This document shows positions 1-10,905 of a DNA stretch of 64,000 nt, one piece after another; positions within the stretch are counted from its first letter, which is position 1, and each line of letters opens with the position of its first letter. The DNA is from Hydrogenothermaceae bacterium (GTDB lineage: Bacteria; Aquificota; Aquificia; Aquificales; Hydrogenothermaceae), in assembly GCA_027049315.1 (NCBI GenBank), contig JALTUV010000036.1, positions 189,463 to 253,462 on the forward strand, written 5' to 3'. A program made the position numbers and the translations under genes. Under the pieces are notes generated by a model. That model was not told the origin of the DNA. It did no database searches and saw only the letters and a program-made list of their open reading frames with translations.

Positions 1-120
1 CCGATTTATCATTAACAGGTGTAGGGTCAAATATAACAATTACCGGGTCTGTTACTACTTTTGCATTCGTTGGAATAAATACAATTAGGGAAAAAACTAA
101 AACGAAAAATTTTAGCATCA
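1..120 (-). CDS. N-terminal fragment of a secreted or membrane protein; the gene continues off the window
   Basis: The reverse complement of 1-120 reads MLKFFVLVFSLIVFIPTNAKVVTDPVIVIFDPTPVNDKS, with an ATG at 118-120 and a hydrophobic signal-like N-terminus. Too short for the ORF track. Confidence 0.3.
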
Positions 121-177
121 GAAACACCTCTTTTTTTCTGTATAAATATAGTATATGTAGTTTAGGAAGTTTTTAAA

Positions 178-195
178 GTAGCCCAGAAGGGCTAC
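178..195 (-). terminator. Candidate rho-independent terminator for the 199-534 gene: perfect 7-bp stem GTAGCCC/GGGCTAC with a 4-nt loop
   Basis: gtagcccagaagggctac lies directly 3' of the minus-strand stop at 199-201. On the minus strand it is followed by UUUAAAAACUU. Confidence 0.35.
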
Positions 196-198
196 ATA

Positions 199-534
199 TC
201 ACTCTTCTGGAAGAGCCGGTGGAGTTCTAAGTCTTATGATATGTTTTGTTCCATCTTCCTGAATAACTTCAACAACTTTTAAACCATCAACATCTTCATC
301 TACATATATTTCAGTAGGTTTTGGTATTAGGTGGTCATGTTTTTCTCCTGCAACTTCAAACTCATCATCTTTAGGGTCGTAGGCTAAACCAACGATAGGT
401 TGCCATTCTGTTTCAACCTGGTCTCCAATATCAGAACCTACAATCTCAATCTGTACTTCTTTTGCTCCTAACTTCTTTGAAACTTCATTAAAGTACCCTT
501 CCCACTCTGACTTTTCAAGTTTTTTAACAGCCAT
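199..534 (-). CDS. Hypothetical acidic protein (about 111 aa)
   Basis: ORF track 199-543. A strong Shine-Dalgarno AAGGAGG sits 8 nt before the internal ATG (MAVKKLEKSEW), so the start is probably 534. No family recognised. Confidence 0.55.
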   Translation of the reverse strand: MAVKKLEKSEWEGYFNEVSKKLGAKEVQIEIVGSDIGDQVETEWQPIVGLAYDPKDDEFEVAGEKHDHLIPKPTEIYVDEDVDGLKVVEVIQEDGTKHIIRLRTPPALPEE

Positions 535-624
535 GAATCTCACCCTCCTTAGATTTTTTTTATAAATTTCTTAAATTAGTGTATAAAATATCACGACAGA
601 CAGGAACAAACAAGAGGTTAAAAA

Positions 625-2196
625 TTGAAGATAAAGAAACTTCCTGATGAGGTTATTAACAAGATAGCAGCTGGTGAAGTTGTAGAAAGACCGTCAAGTG
701 TCTTAAAGGAGCTTATTGAAAATTCCCTCGATGCAGGTGCATCTCAGATTGAGATATATATAGAGAAAGGAGGTAAAAGGCTGATAGCCGTTAAGGACAA
801 TGGGGAAGGAATATCAGGAGAGGATATCGTAAATGCTGTAAGCAGATTTGCAACGAGTAAGATAAGAACAGAAGAGGACTTGTTTTATATAACAACATAC
901 GGTTTTAGAGGTGAGGCTCTGTCAAGTATATCTTCTGTATCAAAGTTTAGATTACTTTCAAGAACAATTGACGAACCAATCGGTAATGAGATTCTCATAG
1001 AAGGTGGAAGAATAAAATCTCTGACTGAAAAGGGAAGTCCGATTGGAACACTTGTTGAAGTTAAAGACCTGTTCTATAACGTTCCTGTAAGACAGAAATT
1101 CTTAAAAACAGAAAGAACAGAACTTGTACACATACTTGATGTGTTTACAAAATACGTACTTAAACATCCAGAAAAACACTTCAGAATATTTATAGATGGC
1201 AAAGAGTATTACAACCTTCATCCTTCAAATTTAAAAGAGAGAATCAGTTTTATACTTCCTGAAGATGTAGTAAAAGAACTTGTGGAAATCGATTATGAGA
1301 ACAGTTTAGGTAGGGTTTACGGTTATATCGCACCAGGAAAGGATACAAAGAAAAGTTATCTCTACATAAACGGAAGACCGGTAAAAAACCACCTAATCTA
1401 TAAACAGTTAAAGAAGAGTTTAGGAAACAGTTTTTATCTTTTATTTATAGAGCTACCCCCCTATTTCGTTGACCATAATGTCCATCCGTCAAAATTGGAG
1501 GTTAAGTTCAGAAAAGAGGCACCTGTTGTAAACCTTATTAAAGGTGCAATTGATGAGGGTCTAAACCCGTTTAAAAAGGTTACTGTTTCATACCAGGAAA
1601 CACTCAAACAGGAAGTTTCGACTTATAATTCTGATAAGAAAGGAAAATTTGAAGTTATAGGACAGGTTGAAGATACATTTTTAATTGCCTATTATTCAGG
1701 TGAGCTGTACATAATAGACCAGCACGTTGCCCATGAGAGAGTTATTTATGAGACACTTATAAACAGGTATATTGAAAAAGGAAATATCCCTTCTCAGAAG
1801 CTCATAGTTCCAATTCCTTTAAAATTCGCACCAGACCAGATTGCAAAGCTTATAAATCTAAAAAAGAAGTTAGAATCAATAGGTTACAGATTAAGGATAG
1901 AAGAGCCAATTATATTCCTTGAGGGGATTCCTTCTGATACAAGCTTAGAAGCAGCAGAGGAAACACTCAGAGAAATTATAGAAAGTGGAGACATTTACAT
2001 AAGTGTAGAAGATGTGTTCAGTATGATAGCGTGTAAACAATCTGTAACGGCAGGAGATAGACTAAATACAGAGAAGGCAAAAGCACTATTAGAGATGTGG
2101 ATAAAAACAAACAACCCTAACTTGTGTCCCCATGGAAGACCTATTTATTATAAAATCTCTTTAGATGAAATTAAAAAAGCTGTAGGGAGAAAGTAA
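625..2196 (+). CDS. mutL: DNA mismatch repair protein MutL (compact 523-aa form)
   Basis: N-terminal GHKL ATPase motifs (IAAGEVVERPSSVLKELIENSLDAG; DNGEGI; GFRGEAL) and a C-terminal dimerisation region. TTG start. Confidence 0.9.
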   Translation: MKIKKLPDEVINKIAAGEVVERPSSVLKELIENSLDAGASQIEIYIEKGGKRLIAVKDNGEGISGEDIVNAVSRFATSKIRTEEDLFYITTYGFRGEALSSISSVSKFRLLSRTIDEPIGNEILIEGGRIKSLTEKGSPIGTLVEVKDLFYNVPVRQKFLKTERTELVHILDVFTKYVLKHPEKHFRIFIDGKEYYNLHPSNLKERISFILPEDVVKELVEIDYENSLGRVYGYIAPGKDTKKSYLYINGRPVKNHLIYKQLKKSLGNSFYLLFIELPPYFVDHNVHPSKLEVKFRKEAPVVNLIKGAIDEGLNPFKKVTVSYQETLKQEVSTYNSDKKGKFEVIGQVEDTFLIAYYSGELYIIDQHVAHERVIYETLINRYIEKGNIPSQKLIVPIPLKFAPDQIAKLINLKKKLESIGYRLRIEEPIIFLEGIPSDTSLEAAEETLREIIESGDIYISVEDVFSMIACKQSVTAGDRLNTEKAKALLEMWIKTNNPNLCPHGRPIYYKISLDEIKKAVGRK

Positions 2197-4787
2197 TGGA
2201 GATTTTAAATATAAAAGAGAAACAGCAAATACTGGATAACTATTTTGAAAAGAAGAAGGAGCTTATACAGGAACACTACTCTACAGATTCAGGACTTGAG
2301 GTCGTAAGAAAACACTCAGACCTTACAGATGAAACAATAAAAAGACTTGCTGATATTTCGTTTCCGGATAAAAACAGCATTGCTATTGTTGTTCTTGGTG
2401 GTTACGGAAGGAGAGAACTCTGTTTTAAGTCAGATATAGATATATCCCTTGTTTTTAAAGAAACTGATTTTGAAAAGTTAAAAGCCGGAATCGAGAGCTT
2501 CTACTACTCATTATTAGACCTGAAGTTAGATATAGGGTTTTCTCCAAGGGATATAAAAACATTTATAGAGCTATCCCAGGAGGACTTGACCGTCGCTACA
2601 TCTCTTCTTCAGGGTAGGTTTTTATACGGAAATAGGGATATTTATGAAGACTTAATAGAGAAATTTAAAAAACTCATAAGAGGTAAAAGAAGAGCTTATA
2701 TAGAGGCAACACTAAAAGCAAGGAAGATGAGGTATCAGGCTACCGGTAGCAGTATATATATGATGGAACCACATGTTAAAGAAGGAGAAGGTGGGCTTCG
2801 GGATTTTCATGAAGTTTACTGGATTGCAAAAGTTTTAGATGATGTAAGCAGCTATAGGTACTTTGTTGAGAAAAATATCATCATTGATGAGGAGTACGAT
2901 GAGCTTTTAAGAGCTTACGATTTTATTCTGAGAATAAGAAATCAGATGCACCTTATATGTAATAAAAAATGTGATGTTTTAGTGTTCCCTCTTCAAGAAG
3001 AGGTTGCAAAAAGATTAGGGTATGTCCAAGACCCTGATGATGAGGAGGAGTTAAGGGAAAGTGTAGAAAGCATGATGAAACTGTACTATCTGAACGCAAA
3101 ATCTATAAACTCAATAACAAAGAGAATACTAAAAGCTCTAACAGAGGAACATGACTATGAGATAGCTGAGCCTATAGATGATGTATTTATAAGGACAACT
3201 ACAGAGATAACTGTATATAACGAGAAAAAGTTTGAGAAAAATCCTGTCAATATCCTTAAAGCTTTTTATTACTTTAAACTCTTTGGACAGGACTTTTCCC
3301 CTGAGCTTGAGTATCTTATAAGAAAAAATGAAAAAAAGTTGAAACAATATATTGAAAATCCAGAGTTAAAGAGAATAGTGCGGGAGATTTTCAGTACACC
3401 TGAGGGGCTTGCAAGAACAATAAGAAAAATGCAGGAGTTCTACGTTATAGAAGAGCTCATCCCTGAATTTGGTTATCAGAGGTGTCACTTCCAGTACGAC
3501 GGTTACCACAAGTACACAACAGATGCCCACGCTATAAAAGCTGTGGAAGAACTCGAGAATCTAAAAAAACAGGACGACCCAAAAAGAAAATCTATGTATG
3601 AACTTTACAAGGATATAGAGAGAAAAGACCTTCTCATATGGGCTATTTTTCTCCATGACATAGGAAAAGGACGCAAAACAGACCACAGTGTTATAGGAGC
3701 CCAAATTGCAAGAGATATATTGAGCAGGTTCGGTTATTCAAAGAGAGACCAGGATATAGTCAGTTTTCTCGTTCTACATCACCTTGAAATGGCAAAAATA
3801 TCCCAAAGAAGAAATATGAACGACCCTAAAGTCATACAGAATTTTGTTAATATAATTAGAAACAAAGAACTCCTAAAGATGCTTACTGTTCTTACCTTCT
3901 GTGATGCAAATGCTGTAGGACCTAATGTCTGGAATGACTGGAAAGACATGTTACTATGGGAGCTTTATTACAAAACTCTCGAAATACTTGATGAAGGTAT
4001 ATCTGTAGAGGAGCTCCACAGAAGGAAACTCGAAGATAAAAAGGAAAAACTCAAAACTGTTCTTTCATCTGAGTTTGGTAAAGAGAAGGCTGAATTTCAT
4101 CTAAACAGGATAAGTGATTATTACATACTCTCAACTCCTGTTGAGGATATGCTTAAACATATCAAGTTGGAAGAGGAGCTATTTAAAACAGGAGATATAC
4201 AGGTATACTTTGAGAAAACAGCCGGAACTGGATTCTCAGAGATTGTAATTGTTATTGACATATTTGAGAATCCACTCCTCGTTATAACAGGAATCCTGAG
4301 TGCTATGAATATCAACATACTGTCTGTTTACAGCTATACGAGGAAAGATGGAGTAGTCGTTGTTGACCTTCATGTATCAAAACCTTCTTTAGAACCTATA
4401 GATGAAGTTAAATTTAAGGAGTTTATGGATCTGTTGAATGAGGTAATAGCAGGGAGAATTACGTTAGACGACTTAGAGAGGAGAAAAGAGAGAGGATTTA
4501 GACCTACCGTAATTCCACCACCAACATTTGTTAAGATAGACAATGAGATGTCAGACAGTTACACAATATTTGATATATCAGCTGAAGATAGAATTGGTCT
4601 TCTGTATGACATTATTAAGGTTTTTGACAGGTTTAACCTCTATGTCCATATAGCAAAAGTATCAACACAGGGAGTAAGGGCAAGGGACGCCTTTTATGTA
4701 AGAACAAAAGATAAGGCTAAAATTCAAGATGAAGAACTCCTGAAGAACGTTAAAAAAGAGCTTTTAAGTGTTATAAAAGAGGTCTAA
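2196..4787 (+). CDS. glnD: [Protein-PII] uridylyltransferase / uridylyl-removing enzyme GlnD-like
   Basis: 863 aa with a nucleotidyltransferase N-domain (GGYGRRELCFKSDIDI), an HD domain (HDIGKG...HH) and two C-terminal ACT-like repeats. Confidence 0.75.
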   Translation: MEILNIKEKQQILDNYFEKKKELIQEHYSTDSGLEVVRKHSDLTDETIKRLADISFPDKNSIAIVVLGGYGRRELCFKSDIDISLVFKETDFEKLKAGIESFYYSLLDLKLDIGFSPRDIKTFIELSQEDLTVATSLLQGRFLYGNRDIYEDLIEKFKKLIRGKRRAYIEATLKARKMRYQATGSSIYMMEPHVKEGEGGLRDFHEVYWIAKVLDDVSSYRYFVEKNIIIDEEYDELLRAYDFILRIRNQMHLICNKKCDVLVFPLQEEVAKRLGYVQDPDDEEELRESVESMMKLYYLNAKSINSITKRILKALTEEHDYEIAEPIDDVFIRTTTEITVYNEKKFEKNPVNILKAFYYFKLFGQDFSPELEYLIRKNEKKLKQYIENPELKRIVREIFSTPEGLARTIRKMQEFYVIEELIPEFGYQRCHFQYDGYHKYTTDAHAIKAVEELENLKKQDDPKRKSMYELYKDIERKDLLIWAIFLHDIGKGRKTDHSVIGAQIARDILSRFGYSKRDQDIVSFLVLHHLEMAKISQRRNMNDPKVIQNFVNIIRNKELLKMLTVLTFCDANAVGPNVWNDWKDMLLWELYYKTLEILDEGISVEELHRRKLEDKKEKLKTVLSSEFGKEKAEFHLNRISDYYILSTPVEDMLKHIKLEEELFKTGDIQVYFEKTAGTGFSEIVIVIDIFENPLLVITGILSAMNINILSVYSYTRKDGVVVVDLHVSKPSLEPIDEVKFKEFMDLLNEVIAGRITLDDLERRKERGFRPTVIPPPTFVKIDNEMSDSYTIFDISAEDRIGLLYDIIKVFDRFNLYVHIAKVSTQGVRARDAFYVRTKDKAKIQDEELLKNVKKELLSVIKEV

Positions 4788-5005
4788 TCATCAATTTCTA
4801 TGAGTTTCTCCCTTGATGTTTCTCCTTTTACTATTTTTATCCTTGATTTTGGAATTTTAAGGTGTTTAGAGATAATTTCTATCACTCTTTTGTTTGCTCT
4901 TCCTTTCTCAGGAATCGCTGTTGTTCTAACTTCATAATAGTTCTCTTCTATTTTCTTAATCTCTTCTTTCTTTGCATTTGGTTTTACTTTTACCTTTATA
5001 AGCAT
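4784..5005 (-). CDS. yggU: DUF167/YggU-family small protein
   Basis: 73 aa; VKVKPNAKK...IPEKGRANKRVIEIISKHL...IVKGETSREKLIEI matches the UPF0235 pattern. Overlaps the glnD stop by 4 nt. Confidence 0.7.
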   Translation of the reverse strand: MLIKVKVKPNAKKEEIKKIEENYYEVRTTAIPEKGRANKRVIEIISKHLKIPKSRIKIVKGETSREKLIEIDD

Positions 5006-5017
5006 AACAGTATTCTA

Positions 5018-6079
5018 TCATCCAACAACCCTGTTTTTTCCCTCTTTTTTTGCCCTGTATAGGTTATTGTCTGCTACCTTTAACAGCTCTGATGGACTGT
5101 TTATATTCTTATCCACGGATGCAACACCGAAACTTGCTGTATAATCAATAACCGTATTTTCATCTATGAATAGATGCCTATTTTCCATAACATTCCTGAG
5201 TCTTTCAGCAACATTCATAGCAACGTTTTTATCTGCATTGGTAATTAAAACAGCGAACTCCTCACCACCAATTCTTGCAGGAATATCTTCCGGTCTAAGA
5301 TACTTTCTCAGGACATCTGCAATATCTTTTATTACCTCATCTCCAACATCATGACCGTATGTATCATTTATCTTTTTGAAATCATCGATGTCTAACAGGA
5401 TAACAGAAAACTTGTTGTTAAACTCTTTGAAATCATTAAACAGATTGTTCAGTATATTCATAAATGCCCTTCTGTTGTAAAGTCCTGTAAGGTAGTCTGT
5501 ATTTGCTTCTGTTTCAACAATCTCAAGTTTTTCCTGTAGTTTTTGTACTTTTTTATTTTCTTCTTCAATTTTTTTTCTGAACTTAAGATTCTCTTCCTTT
5601 AATATTCTCATCTCTTCAAGAATATACCCAAGCATATCTTGAATATTTTTATCCTCAATTTTACATTTTGCTTCTGAAAGAACCTTATCTCCCCTGTTTA
5701 AACTTTTTGAATATTCATCTGTTACTGAGATAATTTCATCGAGACTACTTTTTAAACTATCTGTGCTATTTTTTATTTCCCTTTTCAGTTTTTCAATGTC
5801 TATGTTCTTGTCTTTTTTATTAATTAAAGAAAATATTTCAAAAATCTTATCTTCAGGTATCTCTTCTTCAAGGAGACCATGTTCTGCAAGATATGTAAAA
5901 ACATTAAACCATCGCTTATAATTTTTAGGGACAGATGGGATTCCCTTTTCCACCATAAAACAGAGTGTCTTCTTTGTTATCTCGGCAATTTTTTTCTTGT
6001 CTTTATCTGAAAATTCCTCTTTTTTATCGTACTTCTCACATAGGGAACATGTTAAAGACACATCTTTATCAAGTTTCAT
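5018..6079 (-). CDS. GGDEF-domain diguanylate cyclase with an N-terminal coiled-coil region
   Basis: YLTGLYNRRAF...LLDIDDFKKINDTYGHDVGDEV...RIGGEEFAV carries the GGEEF active-site motif. Confidence 0.8.
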   Translation of the reverse strand: MKLDKDVSLTCSLCEKYDKKEEFSDKDKKKIAEITKKTLCFMVEKGIPSVPKNYKRWFNVFTYLAEHGLLEEEIPEDKIFEIFSLINKKDKNIDIEKLKREIKNSTDSLKSSLDEIISVTDEYSKSLNRGDKVLSEAKCKIEDKNIQDMLGYILEEMRILKEENLKFRKKIEEENKKVQKLQEKLEIVETEANTDYLTGLYNRRAFMNILNNLFNDFKEFNNKFSVILLDIDDFKKINDTYGHDVGDEVIKDIADVLRKYLRPEDIPARIGGEEFAVLITNADKNVAMNVAERLRNVMENRHLFIDENTVIDYTASFGVASVDKNINSPSELLKVADNNLYRAKKEGKNRVVG

Positions 6080-6127
6080 TTTTTCTCCTCTAAATGTAAA
6101 CTATAATTACATTTTCGGATTCTTCTC

Positions 6128-6517
6128 TTATTTAATAACTATCTCTCCCTTTGTAGGAAAAAATCCTGAACAGTAAGGGCAGGTAAATATATACCTTCCG
6201 GGATAAATCATCCTTACTTTTACAGATTTGGTTTCTCCCTTTTTTATGTTTTCAACCATAACATCATAGGGGGGAACTATATAAAAACAGTGACCGTAAT
6301 ACTTTTGTGTATAATCGTCTCCTATTCCCTCGTCTATAGCCTTTATTCTAAATAGAACTACCTTGTTTCTTGGAACTTCTATATGGCTTGGGTTATAACC
6401 TTCCTTTGAAACAGTTATATCTATCACTATATCCGGCTTATCTTCTGTCTTTGTACATGAAAAGATTAAAAAAAATGAAGAAACTAAAAAAATCAAGAAC
6501 TTAAACTTCATTCTCAT
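6128..6517 (-). CDS. Small lipoprotein with a cupredoxin-like fold
   Basis: Signal peptide with a lipobox (LIFSC); the pattern GRYIFTCPYCSGFFPTKGEIVIK resembles cupredoxin-like domains, but canonical Cu ligands are not evident. Confidence 0.45.
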   Translation of the reverse strand: MRMKFKFLIFLVSSFFLIFSCTKTEDKPDIVIDITVSKEGYNPSHIEVPRNKVVLFRIKAIDEGIGDDYTQKYYGHCFYIVPPYDVMVENIKKGETKSVKVRMIYPGRYIFTCPYCSGFFPTKGEIVIK

Positions 6518-6605
6518 CCTAAGACCTTGAACAATTAGGCTTTTCCTTATACGTTAATAGTACTATAATATAATTCCCTAAACACAAATTGCAGGAGGCT
6601 CTATT

Positions 6606-9443
6606 TTGGATTTTAAGGATACATTAAACCTTCCTAAGACGGATTTCCCTATGAAGGGGAATTTGCCTCAAAGAGAGCCTGAGATTATTAAAAAATGGGA
6701 AGGTTTAAATATATATAAAAAACTAAGAAATGAGAGAAGAGGAAGGGAAAAGTATATACTGCACGATGGTCCCCCCTATGCAAATGGAAACATCCACCTT
6801 GGACATGCTCTAAACAAGATACTCAAAGATATACTCGTTAAGTATCAGTCTATGACAGGAAAAGATGCACCCTTTGTTCCCGGTTGGGACTGCCATGGAC
6901 TTCCTATAGAGAGGAACGTTGAAAAGGAACTTTCAAAGAAAAAGATAAAAAAAGAAGAACTTCCAAAAGCTGAGTTTAGGAGACTATGTAGAGAGTATGC
7001 AAATAAATATGTGAATATACAGAGGGAAGAGTTCAAAAGGTTAGGTATTATTGGAAATTGGGACGCTCCTTACCTTACAATGAAACCTTCTTATCAGGCT
7101 CAAGAAATAAGGGAATTAGGCAGGGTTTTTAAAAAGGGTATAGCTTACAGAGGGAAAAAACCTGTTTACTGGTGTATGTACGATAAAACAGCAGAAGCTG
7201 AAGCTGAGGTTGAGTACGAGAATAAGAAAGATCCTTCTATCTATGTGGCATTTAAACTTGTAGAACCTCCTTTCGATCTCGATAAAGACACATATGCCGT
7301 AATATGGACAACAACGCCCTGGACTCTGCCCGCAAACCTTGGAATAATGGTAGGTCCTGATTATGATTACTCATTTATAGACTCAGAAAAAGGAATTCTG
7401 ATTGTAGCGTCTGAGCTTGTTGATGACTTTAAAGAGATAACGGGAATAAAAGGAAATATAGTAAAACAGGTAAAAGGAAGGGAGCTTGAGTTCCTTGAGT
7501 ACCACCATCCTTTCATTGATAGAGTATCAAAAATATACCTTTCCGAGTTTGTTGAGCTTGGTACTGGAACAGGGCTTGTTCATATGGCACCCGGGCATGG
7601 TCAGGAAGACTATGTAATAGGTAGCAGATACGGAATTGAACCGTTTGCTCCAGTTGATGATGAGGGAAGATTCACAGAGGAAGTTCCGGAGTGGCTTAGA
7701 GGTCTGAGAGTGTTTGATGCAAATCCTGTAATAATAGAAAAATTAGAAGAGTTAGGAGCTCTTCTTTATTATGAAACAATAGAACACTCATATCCACACT
7801 GCTGGAGATGTAAAAATCCTGTTATATTCAGAGCCACACCTCAATGGTTCATATCGATGGATGCTATTCTTGAAAATGGCGCGACACTTAGAGGAGAAGC
7901 GGTAAAAGAGATTGAACGGGTTAAATGGATTCCCCATTGGGGAGAGAACAGAATCAAATCTATGGTTGAAAACAGACCGGACTGGTGTATATCAAGACAG
8001 AGGATATGGGGTGTTCCTATAGCAGTTTTTTACTGCAAGGACTGTGGAACAATAGTCTCTGACGAAGAAATTTTTGAACATGTTGCAAAGTTAGTTGAAA
8101 GTTACGAGTACGGTGCTGATATATGGTTTGAGAAGGATGCAAAAGACTTACTCCCTGAAGGGTTCAAATGTCCAAACTGTAGAAGTGAAAACTTTGAAAA
8201 AGAAGAGGACATACTTGACGTATGGTTTGACTCAGGTGTTTCCCATGCTTCTGTTTTAAAGTACGGAGAGTGGGAAGAGTTAAGATGGCCTGCTGATATA
8301 TATCTTGAAGGTTCAGACCAGCATAGAGGTTGGTTCCAGTCTTCACTTTTGGAAGGTATAGCATCCTATGAGAGAGCACCCTACAACAGTGTCCTTACCC
8401 ACGGTTTTATACTGGATGAAAAAGGCAGAAAGATGTCAAAGTCCCTCGGGAATGTTATTCCACCCGAGAAAATCATAAAACAGTATGGTGCTGATATACT
8501 CAGACTTTGGGTCGTTACTGAGGATTACACTGAAGATATAAAAATAGGAATGAACATAATAAAGAGCATAGCAAATGACTATAAGAAGATAAGAAACACA
8601 TTTAGATACTTTTTAGGTAACCTCTACGATTTCAACCCTGAGGAAGATATAGTCCCTTACGAAAATATGCTCGAGATAGACAGATGGATACTTTCAAAAT
8701 TACAGGACATTATAGAGATATCACACTCTTCATATAGGGAGAGTAAGTTCCATAGAATATATCATACAATTAAGAGATTTATGATTGTTGACCTTTCTGC
8801 TATATATCTTGATGTACTAAAGGACAGATTATACGTATATGCCCCTAAGTCCATTGAAAGAAGGTCAGCGCAGACAGCCCTTTACTATCTTTTGGACTCC
8901 CTTACAAAGATAATGGCTCCGATTTTATCGTTTACAGCAGAAGAGATATGGGAACATGCAAGAAAGATTAATCATAGCTATAAAGAAAGTGTGCATCTTG
9001 AAGAGATGCCTGTTCTGAATACAGACTTTGTTGATAAGGAGCTTGAGTCTGTTTATAACGAACTTTTAAAACTCAGAAGTGATATAATGACTGCTCTTGA
9101 AAAAGCAAGAAATAACGGTCTTATAAAACACCCTTATGAAGCAAGAGTTTTGCTGAAGCTCTCAGGAAATTTAAAGAATCTTGTTGAGGCAAGGATTGAT
9201 TGGATTAAGTACTTCTTTACTGTTAGCCAGGTTGAACTTGTTGAGCACTTAGATGCCGATGTGGTTGTTGAGGGTGCAGAGGCTGAAGGAAGTGTTATAG
9301 GTGTAACAAAAGCCATTGGAGAGAAATGTCCAAGATGCTGGATTTATGACGCTTCTGTTGGGAAAAACGGTCAACCTGTATGTGATAGATGTGCAGAGGT
9401 TTTAAAAGAATTAAATATCGAAATAACAAGCATAGGGGGATAA
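6606..9443 (+). CDS. ileS: Isoleucyl-tRNA synthetase
   Basis: 945 aa; class I HIGH (HLGHA) and KMSKS motifs, a CP1 editing region, a C-terminal Zn finger (CPRCW...CDRC). TTG start. Confidence 0.95.
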   Translation: MDFKDTLNLPKTDFPMKGNLPQREPEIIKKWEGLNIYKKLRNERRGREKYILHDGPPYANGNIHLGHALNKILKDILVKYQSMTGKDAPFVPGWDCHGLPIERNVEKELSKKKIKKEELPKAEFRRLCREYANKYVNIQREEFKRLGIIGNWDAPYLTMKPSYQAQEIRELGRVFKKGIAYRGKKPVYWCMYDKTAEAEAEVEYENKKDPSIYVAFKLVEPPFDLDKDTYAVIWTTTPWTLPANLGIMVGPDYDYSFIDSEKGILIVASELVDDFKEITGIKGNIVKQVKGRELEFLEYHHPFIDRVSKIYLSEFVELGTGTGLVHMAPGHGQEDYVIGSRYGIEPFAPVDDEGRFTEEVPEWLRGLRVFDANPVIIEKLEELGALLYYETIEHSYPHCWRCKNPVIFRATPQWFISMDAILENGATLRGEAVKEIERVKWIPHWGENRIKSMVENRPDWCISRQRIWGVPIAVFYCKDCGTIVSDEEIFEHVAKLVESYEYGADIWFEKDAKDLLPEGFKCPNCRSENFEKEEDILDVWFDSGVSHASVLKYGEWEELRWPADIYLEGSDQHRGWFQSSLLEGIASYERAPYNSVLTHGFILDEKGRKMSKSLGNVIPPEKIIKQYGADILRLWVVTEDYTEDIKIGMNIIKSIANDYKKIRNTFRYFLGNLYDFNPEEDIVPYENMLEIDRWILSKLQDIIEISHSSYRESKFHRIYHTIKRFMIVDLSAIYLDVLKDRLYVYAPKSIERRSAQTALYYLLDSLTKIMAPILSFTAEEIWEHARKINHSYKESVHLEEMPVLNTDFVDKELESVYNELLKLRSDIMTALEKARNNGLIKHPYEARVLLKLSGNLKNLVEARIDWIKYFFTVSQVELVEHLDADVVVEGAEAEGSVIGVTKAIGEKCPRCWIYDASVGKNGQPVCDRCAEVLKELNIEITSIGG

Positions 9444-9444
9444 G

Positions 9445-9741
9445 ATGAAAAAATCTGACCTTTTAAACAGGCTTTATGAGAGGTTTCCTGAATATCCAAA
9501 AACAGAAATCGCAAAGATTTTAAACGGGACATTTGATGCGATGATTGATGCTCTTGCCCGTGGAGAAAGAATAGAAATAAGAGGTCTTGGTTCTTTCAAG
9601 GTAAAGGAAAGGAAGTCTGAAAAGGCAAGAAATCCGAAAACAGGAGAAATAATACAACTAAAGAGTAAAAAAGTTGTACACTTTAAAATGGGCAAGAAAC
9701 TAAAAAGAATTCTGTTCAAAAAGGTAAAAGTCGAAGAATAA
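9445..9741 (+). CDS. HU/IHF-family DNA-binding protein
   Basis: 98 aa; the ...RGLGSFKVKERKSEKARNPKTGEIIQLKSKKVVHFK beta-arm motif is typical of HU/IHF. Confidence 0.85.
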   Translation: MKKSDLLNRLYERFPEYPKTEIAKILNGTFDAMIDALARGERIEIRGLGSFKVKERKSEKARNPKTGEIIQLKSKKVVHFKMGKKLKRILFKKVKVEE

Positions 9742-9744
9742 TTT

Positions 9745-10842
9745 ATGGGATTAGTTACTGAGATATTTTCATTAGAGGATTTTAAAGACAGTATCCCGTT
9801 TACAGCCCTTGGGGCAAGAACGTGTTATACATCTGGCGATTTGAACTACCTTTTAAACGACCCGAGGGTTGTAAGTAAAAGTGAAAGGGCAAAGTTTCTC
9901 TCTAAGCTGGGGAACTACAAGCATTTCAGTGTTTTTGCCCACTCATTTGCCTATAAAGACCTATCAAAACTTCCGGATGAAAAGATAAACAGTTTTATAG
10001 ATGAACATTTTTACCATTTGGATAAAAATAAAAAGGCAGAAATATTAGCCCAAAAAATCGCATCTGTACTTTTTAAAGCCCACTACAATCCAAAATTTCC
10101 AACCGTTATTGGTGTTTCTCTTAGACACTACTTAGAGGAGATGCTCTACTTAGATGAAGAAAAGTACTTTAAGACATTTGAAAAGATGGCAGAGTACGAC
10201 ATTCCAATAGAACCCCTTGGAAAGAGGGAAAATGTTACACTTGTAGGACTTTTAAGGGATTACGACGGATATGCAGTTTTTTATATCAATGGTGTATCAA
10301 GGGTTATGACCCATCAGCTCGTAAGACATACAACGCTTAATTTTTCCCAGAGAAGTCAGAGATACGTAAGGGAAGATGAGAACTATATGGTTATTCCACC
10401 ATCTGTAAAGGAGAGCAAGGTTGAGCTAAGTTCTGAAGAGTTCTACAGAAGAATATCTGACATAGTAGAAAAACTTAAAGTGTATATAGAAAATGCAGAT
10501 TTTAAGGAAAGCCTGAAAGAAAAGGCTCTTAAAAGAATAGATATTTTTTTATCGACCTATGAAAGAAAGGACAAACTCTTCTTAGAGGATATATTCAGAA
10601 TCACAGACGAGTTTGCAGATGTTGTCTATGAGTTTTCCGTATATCACGGAAAGGTTAAAAGGGAAGACGGAAGGTTTATTCTGCCTCACGGTAGAAGGAC
10701 AACAATTGTGGTTTCATCCACCTTAAACTGGATAATAGACTTTATAATAAAGAGAACAGACCCCCATGCCCAGTGGGAGATAAGAAATGTTGCCCTTCAG
10801 ATGAAAGAACTCTTAGAGGAACAGGGAATCTTTGTTTACTGA
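9745..10842 (+). CDS. thyX: ThyX-like flavin-dependent thymidylate synthase family protein (divergent, with an N-terminal extension)
   Basis: HQLVRHTTLNFSQRSQRY fits the ThyX RHR-x7-S signature as RHT-x7-S. At 365 aa it is longer than canonical ThyX (about 220-300 aa). Confidence 0.5.
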   Translation: MGLVTEIFSLEDFKDSIPFTALGARTCYTSGDLNYLLNDPRVVSKSERAKFLSKLGNYKHFSVFAHSFAYKDLSKLPDEKINSFIDEHFYHLDKNKKAEILAQKIASVLFKAHYNPKFPTVIGVSLRHYLEEMLYLDEEKYFKTFEKMAEYDIPIEPLGKRENVTLVGLLRDYDGYAVFYINGVSRVMTHQLVRHTTLNFSQRSQRYVREDENYMVIPPSVKESKVELSSEEFYRRISDIVEKLKVYIENADFKESLKEKALKRIDIFLSTYERKDKLFLEDIFRITDEFADVVYEFSVYHGKVKREDGRFILPHGRRTTIVVSSTLNWIIDFIIKRTDPHAQWEIRNVALQMKELLEEQGIFVY

Positions 10843-10905
10843 GCTTGCTTTCTTCAAAGCCTTTCTCTATATTTTTAACCTGAAATCTCACAGAAAGAGG
10901 AATAT

